This document shows, in pieces, positions 55,949-64,000 of a DNA stretch of 64,000 nucleotides. A model generated the notes under the pieces. The model was given only the letters and a program-made list of their open reading frames with translations, was not told where the DNA came from and searched no databases. Numbering within the stretch: the first letter of the stretch is position 1; the number at the start of each line of letters is the position of its first letter. The translations under genes and the position numbers were made by a program. The stretch lies in IMG/VR virus record IMGVR_UViG_3300037502_002993, positions 62,001 to 126,000 of that record; one strand, 5' to 3'.

Positions 55949-56209
55949 ACACCTCCCTTATAAGGTGCGGTGCCCAAGGGCAACACGCATGACCACCGTG
56001 ACGTATCAATAGCACTGCTGAATAACTCCTGTGATGACCCCCCGATCGATATCCACAGCAGAACCAACAGTACCTGACATGCCATGAGCCAAAACAGTGA
56101 CTTTAGAAGAGTGCTCAGGGCTTACTCCTCTCTTTATTGAAGACTCCGGTAGCCCTCAACATCTTATTACCTGTCTCAGTAGTGTTTAGCCACCACCTGC
56201 ATGGGTGAG

Positions 56210-56620
56210 CTAACTACCCCCACTCAGGATAAAGACCACCCCACTGCCAATGGCCTGCAGGATTGAGGTGATCTGATCGAGTAGCTCAACCCCCCTTCCA
56301 GGACTCCCCCGAACACTGCCGTAAACCTCGATCACCGCGAGAGAAAACACCAACAACGTCAGTCCTACGGCCACAAGAATCAACAACAGTCGAAAACTGT
56401 CTCGATCTCGAATCACTCCCCACTCTTCTGTTAGAATGCGCTCTCGATTGGGATGACGATAGACCCGGGTCAGTGCTTCATCGCCAGGGGTATCTAACGT
56501 GATGCAGTCTTGATCGGTTGGTTCAAGGTGAGCGTTGAGGGAAGCGACAAGTGACTTAGAGATCGGGCTGTGCTTGATGGGGCGGTCGCCAAGCCTCACC
56601 AACGCCTCTCGTGTATTCAC
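56210..56620 (-). CDS. Membrane protein (candidate holin/antiholin)
   Basis: GTG start, C-terminal transmembrane helix, immediately downstream of the spanin pair. Confidence 0.5.
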   Translation of the reverse strand: MNTREALVRLGDRPIKHSPISKSLVASLNAHLEPTDQDCITLDTPGDEALTRVYRHPNRERILTEEWGVIRDRDSFRLLLILVAVGLTLLVFSLAVIEVYGSVRGSPGRGVELLDQITSILQAIGSGVVFILSGGS

Positions 56621-56640
56621 TGAAACCCCCTTTCTTCTCT

Positions 56641-56982
56641 TTACGGATCGGCTATAATGGCCTGTTGCTGTTTTACCCATTCACGCAAATAGTGCAGTTG
56701 CCGATTGCACTCGCCTACGCGCTGGGTCTGTGCCATGAATTTATCTGTCATTAGAAGGGTTCTGGCCTCCCATACCCCACCTGGGAGGTTATCATACAGA
56801 TCATTGGCACGCAACAGCATGTCTTCGGAAGGAGGGGGGATTGGACGACAGTCCCTTAAGGTAATATCAGGGGGGGCAATTAGCGTGGTCTGGGTCTGCG
56901 TGACAATACGTGTCCCACATCCCGTCAGTAAGATAACGAACACGCAAACTATCATCACGCGCAGCAGGGGGTGGTGTAACAT
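56641..56982 (-). CDS. Outer-membrane spanin (o-spanin lipoprotein)
   Basis: Hydrophobic signal with lipobox LTGC, Pro-rich linker; overlaps the 3' end of the i-spanin. Confidence 0.75.
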   Translation of the reverse strand: MLHHPLLRVMIVCVFVILLTGCGTRIVTQTQTTLIAPPDITLRDCRPIPPPSEDMLLRANDLYDNLPGGVWEARTLLMTDKFMAQTQRVGECNRQLHYLREWVKQQQAIIADP

Positions 56983-57415
56983 GGACAACTCGCTCAGTGA
57001 CAGGTGGGGGTTCTTGTACGGGAGTATCTTGGGGTGCCTCTACTGGCTCAGGGCGGAAGATCAAAGGATCAAAATCCAGATACCCCTCTATAAAGGCGGT
57101 ACGTGCTCTGGTTTGTTCCTCGCGCAAGCGGTCTCGTTCTTCAATAAATGCCGTGACGACCGACATGTCCACTTCACTGGAACGCTCTTGTTGCGCCTGG
57201 AGTTCTTCAGCCGCTACTAAGGCCTCTTGCGCCACACGGTGTTCCTCTCTTAAGGCATCAAGCTGAGCACTGCGCCAAAAAAGAAACACCAGTGAAGCAA
57301 TCGCCGCCAGTCCCAAGATAATCAGTGGGGCAGCAAGACCCTCTTTTGCGGTAAAGAAAGCCCGAACCGCCGGTACACCAAACCGCCCTCGTGTGATTAG
57401 GGTAAAGAGCGACAT
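56867..57415 (-). CDS. Inner-membrane spanin (i-spanin)
   Basis: N-terminal transmembrane helix, coiled coil, Pro-rich linker and C-terminal Cys pair; overlapped Rz/Rz1 layout. Confidence 0.7.
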   Translation of the reverse strand: MSLFTLITRGRFGVPAVRAFFTAKEGLAAPLIILGLAAIASLVFLFWRSAQLDALREEHRVAQEALVAAEELQAQQERSSEVDMSVVTAFIEERDRLREEQTRARTAFIEGYLDFDPLIFRPEPVEAPQDTPVQEPPPVTERVVHVTPPPAARDDSLRVRYLTDGMWDTYCHADPDHANCPP

Positions 57416-57993
57416 GGGGTCTCCTTATGGATGGCTAGTAGATAATGCAGTGCCACTGCAGTGGCATCCACCGAGTGTTCATCAAGATCGTTTAACGCGA
57501 CCTTCCAGGTCAGATCCTTGCGCTTCCTTAATGCCTGCGTGACATGGTCCTTATGCATCTTACGTTGTATCTTCACGCCCACGCTCTTCTTTGCTGTGGT
57601 GGGGTCAACCAACACAATCGGCAGATGAAGGTCATAGGCAACTACCGCCTGTCTTACCACCATCAGGCACTCTACCAGAGCCGCAAAGCTTTGGGCAAAC
57701 TTCCCCATAAAAGGGGACTCACACACCACAATGTGGGGGTTGATCTCCACTAGATGGGGAACGAGTTGGTCTTTGAGTTGCTGCAGGCGGGCATAAAGCT
57801 CCCCATGATGGAAAGCAAGTCCAAGGTAGTCTTTGTGTTGGTTCTTTGCCTTAAGGGTTTGAGCAGCTTGGATGGTAAACCTAGGGGTCTTCAGTGAGGT
57901 GTCCAGTGTCACATGAGAGATACCCAGGGTGGTGGTCCCTGGGTCAATCCCCATTACAGTAAGATCACGCCCACGGTGTGGTGTGAGTAACAT
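57397..57993 (-). CDS. RuvC-like Holliday junction resolvase
   Basis: VMGIDPGT, VVCESPF and DEHSVDA catalytic motifs. Start moved to MLLTPHRG. Confidence 0.8.
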   Translation of the reverse strand: MLLTPHRGRDLTVMGIDPGTTTLGISHVTLDTSLKTPRFTIQAAQTLKAKNQHKDYLGLAFHHGELYARLQQLKDQLVPHLVEINPHIVVCESPFMGKFAQSFAALVECLMVVRQAVVAYDLHLPIVLVDPTTAKKSVGVKIQRKMHKDHVTQALRKRKDLTWKVALNDLDEHSVDATAVALHYLLAIHKETPCRSLP

Positions 57994-58006
57994 GCCAATC
58001 CTTACC

Positions 58007-58900
58007 TTACGGTGTGAGGAAGGAGGCCCCTGCCAGATCATCCATCCCGAGCAGCGGTTCAACCGAACCCACGTCAAAGGAGAAGCGCGCGCCATCGGCA
58101 CTGTGACCAATGGACCGGTAGGTCGAGATAAAGACATTCACCTGACAAGCAATTACCTCAGTGTAGTTAAAGCTACCACTCCCCCCTACAGAAGAGGACA
58201 CTTCGCGGTCCACGCCGGTACACATGGCGAGTTCAGAGATAACCGGAGACCGTGTGCTACCGGTACGAATACGGTGAGCGTTCATGATCTCGATGATGTC
58301 ATCGGTATCCAGTTGTACGGTAAGAACAGCCGACGCGATCAGGGCTGACCGAGAACCCAGGATCGTGCCGGTATTGGAAATCTCAGGTCGGGTGGGGTTC
58401 AGGTTCTCGGTGGTGGGGACAAAGGGTTCCGCAGTGACCACCCCGTCCTCTTTGGTGATGCGCTGAAGACCTACGGTGACTTCATTGAGATTCAGACGAC
58501 GGGCATAGTAGGCAATATAGTTCTGCCCATCATGCGTCTCCTGACGACGCAGGGCATACCGACCACGGCGTTCAGCAGGAAGGTCGTTGCTGACCTCACG
58601 GAGCACAAACGGAATCGGACCATAAAGGCCTGCATCTGAGGCACTGTGGGGAAGGGCTTCAGTTTCATCTGACCCATCCGCCGCTTTGACGGTATAGTGA
58701 CCCAGGTTTCCCATCACCAGGTACCGCATGGTTGGCATGATGTTCGGGGCCGGAGCGACTCCCGGCTGGATGCCGAAGCGCTCGTTCAGGGTGGTGTTAT
58801 CCCTCAGCAGGAACGGCAGACCAAACTTGTTACGAACATTGAGCTCATCCCCGTAAATAGTGGGGGTGACGGCGATGATATCACGATCAATCGAAGACAT
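58007..58900 (-). CDS. Conserved virion structural protein
   Basis: 297 aa with NTTLNERFGI, PIPFVLR and YIAYYARRL motifs typical of phiKZ-like virion proteins. Confidence 0.65.
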   Translation of the reverse strand: MSSIDRDIIAVTPTIYGDELNVRNKFGLPFLLRDNTTLNERFGIQPGVAPAPNIMPTMRYLVMGNLGHYTVKAADGSDETEALPHSASDAGLYGPIPFVLREVSNDLPAERRGRYALRRQETHDGQNYIAYYARRLNLNEVTVGLQRITKEDGVVTAEPFVPTTENLNPTRPEISNTGTILGSRSALIASAVLTVQLDTDDIIEIMNAHRIRTGSTRSPVISELAMCTGVDREVSSSVGGSGSFNYTEVIACQVNVFISTYRSIGHSADGARFSFDVGSVEPLLGMDDLAGASFLTP

Positions 58901-59058
58901 TGTCGTTTTCCATGTCAGGTAATGAAAGAGCAGTGAGAACAGTACGTACTATATATGGCTGGAGTCATATCTTCGCGCTATCTAGTCCCTTTATATGGGG
59001 TGTCTCTCAAATGCTATAGTTAGATGAACCCCGCCCGTCCTTAAGGAGTACCGCACTC

Positions 59059-61020
59059 ATGAGTCGTCCAGTGACCACGGGTCTTTACCCGTTTGATCCC
59101 TATGGGAATAACCCAGATTGTTTGGTGGAAAATGAAAAGCAGGTAATCAACCCCCCTGGGCGGGACGATTTCTATTTTCTGATCCCCCAAGCGGCCCCGT
59201 TTTTTGTCAACTCCCTGAGTGTGCACAATGACCTCACAGGAGAGGAGTTAATCGAAGGCCAGCACTACGTCATCGGCCATTACTTCGTTGAAGCCATGAA
59301 CAAAACCGGACGCGCCATTGCAGGTAGTATCCGGTTTTTGGATCGCACTCTTCAAGGGATTGTTCGTCTTCGGTACCAAACCGTAGGTGGGGAATGGGGC
59401 TACAACGACCAAGCTATTCTGGAAGAGCTTTCTAATAAGAGTGTCAATCCCCTGGTACGGGCATGGGCCCAGATTGACGTTCTACCGAATAGTTTCCCGC
59501 CAATTCCCCATGATCAGCATGTCGATGACCTGATCGGGTGGGGAGAGATCACTGAGGCGATGGATCGCGTTGCCCATGCCCTCGGGGAAACAGAGGAAGG
59601 GGCGTTTAACGCTCACATGGCTGCACGTGATAACCCTCACCAGGTGACAAAGAGTCAGGTAGGCCTTGCCGCTGTGGCGAACCACCCCATGGCCTCTGAC
59701 AACGAAGCACTTGAGAACCGCAGTGATCGCTACATGTCACCGCGCACCACCCGACTACTGATTAACAACCTTGCGATCTCAGCGGTGCAGGCCCACCTAG
59801 ACGACTTGGACAACCCCCATGCAGTCACCAAGGAGCAGGTTGGCCTGGGTAATGTAGGAAACTTCCCCATTGCCAGTGATGAAGAAGCCCTGGACATTCG
59901 CGACGACCGCTACATGTCACCGCGGTCAACGCGGGTACTGGTAGAGGCCTATGCCAACCAGACGGTTGGTGGTCACGTGGATGATCGTGACAACCCCCAC
60001 CAGGTGACTGCCGCTCAGGTTAACCTCGGGGAGGTGGCTAACCACCCCATGGCGTCCCCAGCCGAAGCCCTGGAGGATCGTACTGACCGGTACATGTCAC
60101 CGCAGACCACACGACTTCTGATCAACACGATGTCGGGTGCCGCCATTAATGACCACGTTGACGATAAAGAGAATCCCCACCAGGTGACTGCTGCCCAGAT
60201 TGGGACCCTCACCACCCAAGAGATTAATGTCTTACTGGCGGACAAGCTGGTGTTTGAAGACACCATCTCTAATGCCGAGCGATTTAACGGCATGGATCTG
60301 GAAGCTTTGGCGAGTGCCATATTGGATGGTGCTACTATAGGTAATGCCGTCCGTTTCGATGGGAGAACATTTTCAGAGGCAGCTACGGAGATTCTGAACG
60401 GCACGGCCGCTAACGCTGATCGACTAGATGGGATGTCGGGAGCCGATTGGATTGAGCAAATTTCATCTCTGGTTGAAAACAGCCTGACAGAAGTTGGCGC
60501 GCCAATGATCGCCACGTTCCCTATGGCGTATGTTGATCAGGACAACTACGTAAAACTAATCACCCGAGAAGTTGTTAGAGATGAGTTTGATGTGGTTATT
60601 CCATCTGAAGGTTTTACTTGTCTTCTCACTGGCGAGTACCTCAATGGTTACGGTAGTGCATTGCAGTTGAGCCTGAGTCCGGTAGGCGGGGAAGGAGTAA
60701 AGGCTCGAGCAATCGGGGGGGTTGACTCGGAGTTAGAGCTTTTTGTCACGGCGGATACGGACCATTACAGCGTGTGGGTAAAGCGACCCACATCTGGTGG
60801 GGTATTAAACATCCTTCCGCTGTCTCAGGTAGATACTCGAGACACCCTCCTATCCTCCCTGGCGGACCCCGCTACTCTGGAACCCGGAGAAACATCAGGC
60901 CAGGTGAGTGCGGACATCACAGACCTGTCCCCTTCGACAGTGGTCGTTGAGAATAGCCACAGTGAAATAGTTGATGCCCTTACTGAGGCGTTCAACACCG
61001 CTATCGCTGAGCTTAGCTAA
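59059..61020 (+). CDS. Tail-fibre/baseplate protein with NPH repeats
   Basis: YPFDPYG N-terminus; four DNPHxVTxxQVGL repeats. Confidence 0.7.
   Translation: MSRPVTTGLYPFDPYGNNPDCLVENEKQVINPPGRDDFYFLIPQAAPFFVNSLSVHNDLTGEELIEGQHYVIGHYFVEAMNKTGRAIAGSIRFLDRTLQGIVRLRYQTVGGEWGYNDQAILEELSNKSVNPLVRAWAQIDVLPNSFPPIPHDQHVDDLIGWGEITEAMDRVAHALGETEEGAFNAHMAARDNPHQVTKSQVGLAAVANHPMASDNEALENRSDRYMSPRTTRLLINNLAISAVQAHLDDLDNPHAVTKEQVGLGNVGNFPIASDEEALDIRDDRYMSPRSTRVLVEAYANQTVGGHVDDRDNPHQVTAAQVNLGEVANHPMASPAEALEDRTDRYMSPQTTRLLINTMSGAAINDHVDDKENPHQVTAAQIGTLTTQEINVLLADKLVFEDTISNAERFNGMDLEALASAILDGATIGNAVRFDGRTFSEAATEILNGTAANADRLDGMSGADWIEQISSLVENSLTEVGAPMIATFPMAYVDQDNYVKLITREVVRDEFDVVIPSEGFTCLLTGEYLNGYGSALQLSLSPVGGEGVKARAIGGVDSELELFVTADTDHYSVWVKRPTSGGVLNILPLSQVDTRDTLLSSLADPATLEPGETSGQVSADITDLSPSTVVVENSHSEIVDALTEAFNTAIAELS
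59632..60200 (+). repeat. 180-bp coding tandem repeat (NPH units at 59632, 59812, 59992, 60172)
   Basis: Exact 180-bp spacing of the AAC/AAT-CCC-CAY motif. Confidence 0.8.
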
Positions 61021-61054
61021 AGCTGGTCAATTCAGTTAAGATAGGAATCTATCA

Positions 61055-61780
61055 ATGGCCAACGTTCACGGACAAGTAGCACGACACGGCATCACCATTC
61101 AGACTGAATCTCGCTTCAGTCCCGCTGTAGGGTGGTTAAGCGATTTCACAAGACAAAGTGGGGGTACGGTTCCGTCCTGGGTCGGTACCACCCTGACTAA
61201 CGGTGGAATATCTATCCCACGGTGGATGAGTGATGTGCCAGAAAGAAGACGGGTTCTAAGTTACGAGAAACACCGGGGATATTCTCGATATCCCGGTAGG
61301 CGTAACATCACTATTAACGAGTCGCTAGACGTTAACCTACAAGGAATGAGCACACGCTTTAGTGTTGACGCTTCCATTGGCGGTGTTAGAAGAGCATCAC
61401 ACAAAGGGTTAGACCAGGGAGCGCGTCGAGGTAACATGACCATCCGTATTAGAGCTTGGAACACGAATGGCCAACTGGTAGTGGACGACAATAGATTGTC
61501 GAGTGGTCAATTTCCACATCCACACATCAGCGGATGGAGTCCTCGTAATCTGTATAGATGGGAGCAAGAATACACATCTACATCTCCAATAGGACGTGTC
61601 CTAGTTGAACAAAACATCACCACAGGATCCGAAAATTTTCATGACGTGGGGGATCGCTCTCCCGGCGGTTCATGGAACCCCACAGAAAATATTGGGAGAT
61701 ATTACCCGTTTAATTATTACTCCATTCTAGGAGCAAACGAACAGGGTAGCGTCAACAGGGTCCGTGAGTTCATTTTGTAA
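61055..61780 (+). CDS. Hypothetical tail-associated protein
   Basis: 241-aa ORF between two fibre genes. Confidence 0.55.
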   Translation: MANVHGQVARHGITIQTESRFSPAVGWLSDFTRQSGGTVPSWVGTTLTNGGISIPRWMSDVPERRRVLSYEKHRGYSRYPGRRNITINESLDVNLQGMSTRFSVDASIGGVRRASHKGLDQGARRGNMTIRIRAWNTNGQLVVDDNRLSSGQFPHPHISGWSPRNLYRWEQEYTSTSPIGRVLVEQNITTGSENFHDVGDRSPGGSWNPTENIGRYYPFNYYSILGANEQGSVNRVREFIL

Positions 61781-61830
61781 TAAAGTTCTCGCCTGACTTC
61801 TTACATAGTTTGTTTTTTTGAGGTTTAACC

Positions 61831-63573
61831 ATGACACCATTGATTCGTAAGTTTCCCTTAGACCGGACTGGTGAGAATCCCAACAACTTGGTGTTGGGGG
61901 AGCCGCACGAACTGGCAGACAATGGTCGTGACGGCATGCGGGTGTTCGTACCTCAGTACGGTGCCTTTTACACTCAGAGCCTGGTGATTCGGGATGCCAA
62001 CGGCATCACCCTTGCCCCTCACTCCGACTACATCGCCACCTACTACTACGAAGACGCGTCGACGATGAGCGGCCTTGAGGTATGTGCGGCGATTGTCGTC
62101 CTCAATCCGAACATCCCCTCCCCCGTCTCCATTGACTATCAAGTGGTGGGGGGTGACCATGCGTTCTCCACTACCGCACTTGCAGAAGTCCTGGAAACGC
62201 TCCGTGACAACGAACAGCCCGTCCAGTGGGCCAGCATTGTCGGTAAGCCCACCATGTTCCCTCCTGGTGGTCACCTACACGCCCTGTGGGAGCTGTATGG
62301 CTTTGAATACGTCACTATCCAGCTGGAGCGGATGGTCCGTGCCATTCTGGTGGGTGATCAAGCGACGATGGATGAGATCCGCGCCTACGCCCTACGTCTC
62401 CATGAAGACGGCATTGACTACACCGACGCGCTTGATTCGCGTTTCCAGGATCACTTAGCTGATAGTAGCAATCCCCACAGTGTTACCAAAGCACAAGTGG
62501 GTCTTGGGAGCGTACCGAACTGGCCTGGTGCTAACCAAACCGAGGCACAGCAAGGAGACCGCAATGACCGCATTATGACACCCCTGCGGACCGCTCAGGC
62601 GATTACCACGCAAGCCCTGACGCCTCTTAATGCCCACGTTAATAACACCAACAATCCCCACAGTGTTACCAAAGCACAAGTGGGTCTTGGTAGTGTTCCC
62701 GACTGGCCAGGGGCCACTCAAGCTGAGGCCGAGTCCGGCACACGCAATGACCGCATCATGACCCCACTGCGGACTGCCCAAGCGATCTCCACCCAGGCAC
62801 TGGCTCCTTTGAACTCGCATGTTCAGAACACCAACAATCCCCACAGTGTTACCAAAGTCCAAGTCGGGTTAGGGAGTGTTCCCGACTGGCCAGGGGCCAC
62901 TCAAGCTGAGGCCGAGTCCGGCACACGCAATGACCGCATTATGACTCCCCTACGTAATGCCCAAGCCTTCCCGAGGCGATTTAATGAGCAGGTGCAGAAT
63001 GGCTTTTCCATGCCCAGAAACCAAGACAACTCCACCTTGTCTTTTGGGTCGTGGAATAATGACGGTGCGTTTATACGTCACCGGTCCCCAGATAACAATA
63101 GTGCGTTTTTAGACCTTTCCTGTGGTAATACTACAACGGGCACAAGTCGTAAACTTCAGTTTGGTGGCGGTACCACCAATAATTTTTCCTCCTGGTTAAC
63201 CCTTGATCACGACCTCGCATATTTCACCGGACGTATTAACGCCGTTGATTATTATGTCCGTTCTGATGAACGTTATAAAACTAACCTACGGCCCATTGAC
63301 GATCCACTTGGACGACTTGCTGGGATTGAGGGACTGTTTTATGAGTTCATTGACGACGAAAGTCACGCGGCGGGGTTGAGTGCACAACAACTACAGAAGG
63401 TTCTTCCACAGGCAGTTCGATCGGTTATCGACGATGATGGAAAAGATCGATTACATATCAACCATGGCGGACCTATTGCCCTTTTGGTTAGTTCAGTTAA
63501 CGCACTTCGTGAGATAGTAGATAAACAGAGTGCAGAAATAGACCGTTTGAAAGAGTCAGTGGGGGAACGGTAG
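61831..63573 (+). CDS. Tail-fibre protein with C-terminal intramolecular chaperone (Peptidase S74-like)
   Basis: NPHSVTKAQVGLG repeats and SDERYKTNL...GLSAQQLQKVLPQAV followed by a coiled coil. Confidence 0.8.
   Translation: MTPLIRKFPLDRTGENPNNLVLGEPHELADNGRDGMRVFVPQYGAFYTQSLVIRDANGITLAPHSDYIATYYYEDASTMSGLEVCAAIVVLNPNIPSPVSIDYQVVGGDHAFSTTALAEVLETLRDNEQPVQWASIVGKPTMFPPGGHLHALWELYGFEYVTIQLERMVRAILVGDQATMDEIRAYALRLHEDGIDYTDALDSRFQDHLADSSNPHSVTKAQVGLGSVPNWPGANQTEAQQGDRNDRIMTPLRTAQAITTQALTPLNAHVNNTNNPHSVTKAQVGLGSVPDWPGATQAEAESGTRNDRIMTPLRTAQAISTQALAPLNSHVQNTNNPHSVTKVQVGLGSVPDWPGATQAEAESGTRNDRIMTPLRNAQAFPRRFNEQVQNGFSMPRNQDNSTLSFGSWNNDGAFIRHRSPDNNSAFLDLSCGNTTTGTSRKLQFGGGTTNNFSSWLTLDHDLAYFTGRINAVDYYVRSDERYKTNLRPIDDPLGRLAGIEGLFYEFIDDESHAAGLSAQQLQKVLPQAVRSVIDDDGKDRLHINHGGPIALLVSSVNALREIVDKQSAEIDRLKESVGER
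62470..62960 (+). repeat. 183-bp coding tandem repeat (units at 62470, 62653, 62836)
   Basis: Near-identical DNA units at exact 183-bp spacing. Confidence 0.85.
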
Positions 63574-63590
63574 TCATTTGAGGGTTTGTC

Positions 63591-64000
63591 ATGTATCAAA
63601 TCACACGAACTTTTCGACGTACTAATCGACAACAGGGAAGGTGGGAAGAGTATCCGCTCGCTGATGAACCAGTTCTCACCTTAACAGAAACACATGGCGA
63701 CGTTTGGATTTTCCTCACCTACCCGATGCTCCAGGGTGAGGAGCGCGCACTGCGCTTTGACAAGGTAAGGAATCTACTGGTAAACACCGCCCCCACCACC
63801 ACCGTCCAGGAGTGGCTTACGTCACTGGGAAACCAAACCCTGCCCGTTGAAGCCAGCCTACCGGAATTCAAAGAGCGGTTTGTGACCTACGCGTCTGCCT
63901 GGCATGCGGGTTATGAGGTTATCGCCATCGGCCGCGGAGCGAGTGCGGATCAGAATGCGTCTAAGTTCAATAAGGAGGACTTAAGGCTCACTAAGGACGA
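63591..64000 (+). CDS. Probable virion protein (truncated by window edge)
   Basis: Manual translation MYQITRTFRRTNRQQGRWEEY... stays open to the end of the window; GAGG RBS. Confidence 0.6.
   Translation, partial: MYQITRTFRRTNRQQGRWEEYPLADEPVLTLTETHGDVWIFLTYPMLQGEERALRFDKVRNLLVNTAPTTTVQEWLTSLGNQTLPVEASLPEFKERFVTYASAWHAGYEVIAIGRGASADQNASKFNKEDLRLTKD

Noticed and set aside
55708-56085. N-terminal 126 aa of ORF 55123-56085
   Set aside because: An RBS-supported start exists at 55707 and another RBS-led small ORF overlaps this part. The extension looks fortuitous, and a frameshift could not be shown.
1-64000. tRNA/rRNA genes and stop-codon reassignment
   Set aside because: No cloverleaf or rRNA signature was noticed by eye (tRNAscan-SE would confirm), and core genes are intact under the standard code.

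Overview
This is a 64-kb segment of a phiKZ-like (Chimalliviridae-type) jumbo phage genome. The family assignment rests on gene order and protein motifs; no chimallin gene lies in the window. It carries the conserved morphogenesis blocks: large terminase, three gp26-28-like virion genes, tail sheath and tube, portal, tail-fibre and baseplate genes, endolysin, spanins and a RuvC-like resolvase. Between them is a mostly minus-strand accessory region with dcd, tmk, an SF2 helicase, a SleB-type hydrolase, a DEDD exonuclease, a Tad1-like anti-defence sponge and many small hypothetical genes. Three things stand out. (1) An RNA-guided nuclease set: an intact TnpB with its omegaRNA, two further stand-alone copies of the same ~128-nt scaffold each with a different guide, and a truncated IscB with its own omegaRNA. 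TnpB and IscB sit in a composite insertion at the tmk 3' end, and no tnpA is present. (2) A decayed diversity-generating retroelement: Mtd-like targets, avd and a degenerate template repeat, with no reverse transcriptase in the window. (3) Recurrent non-coding motifs: an 8-copy early-promoter-like motif and a 3-copy bipartite inverted element. No tRNA, rRNA or CRISPR array was seen. All family assignments come from motif recognition by eye, not database searches.
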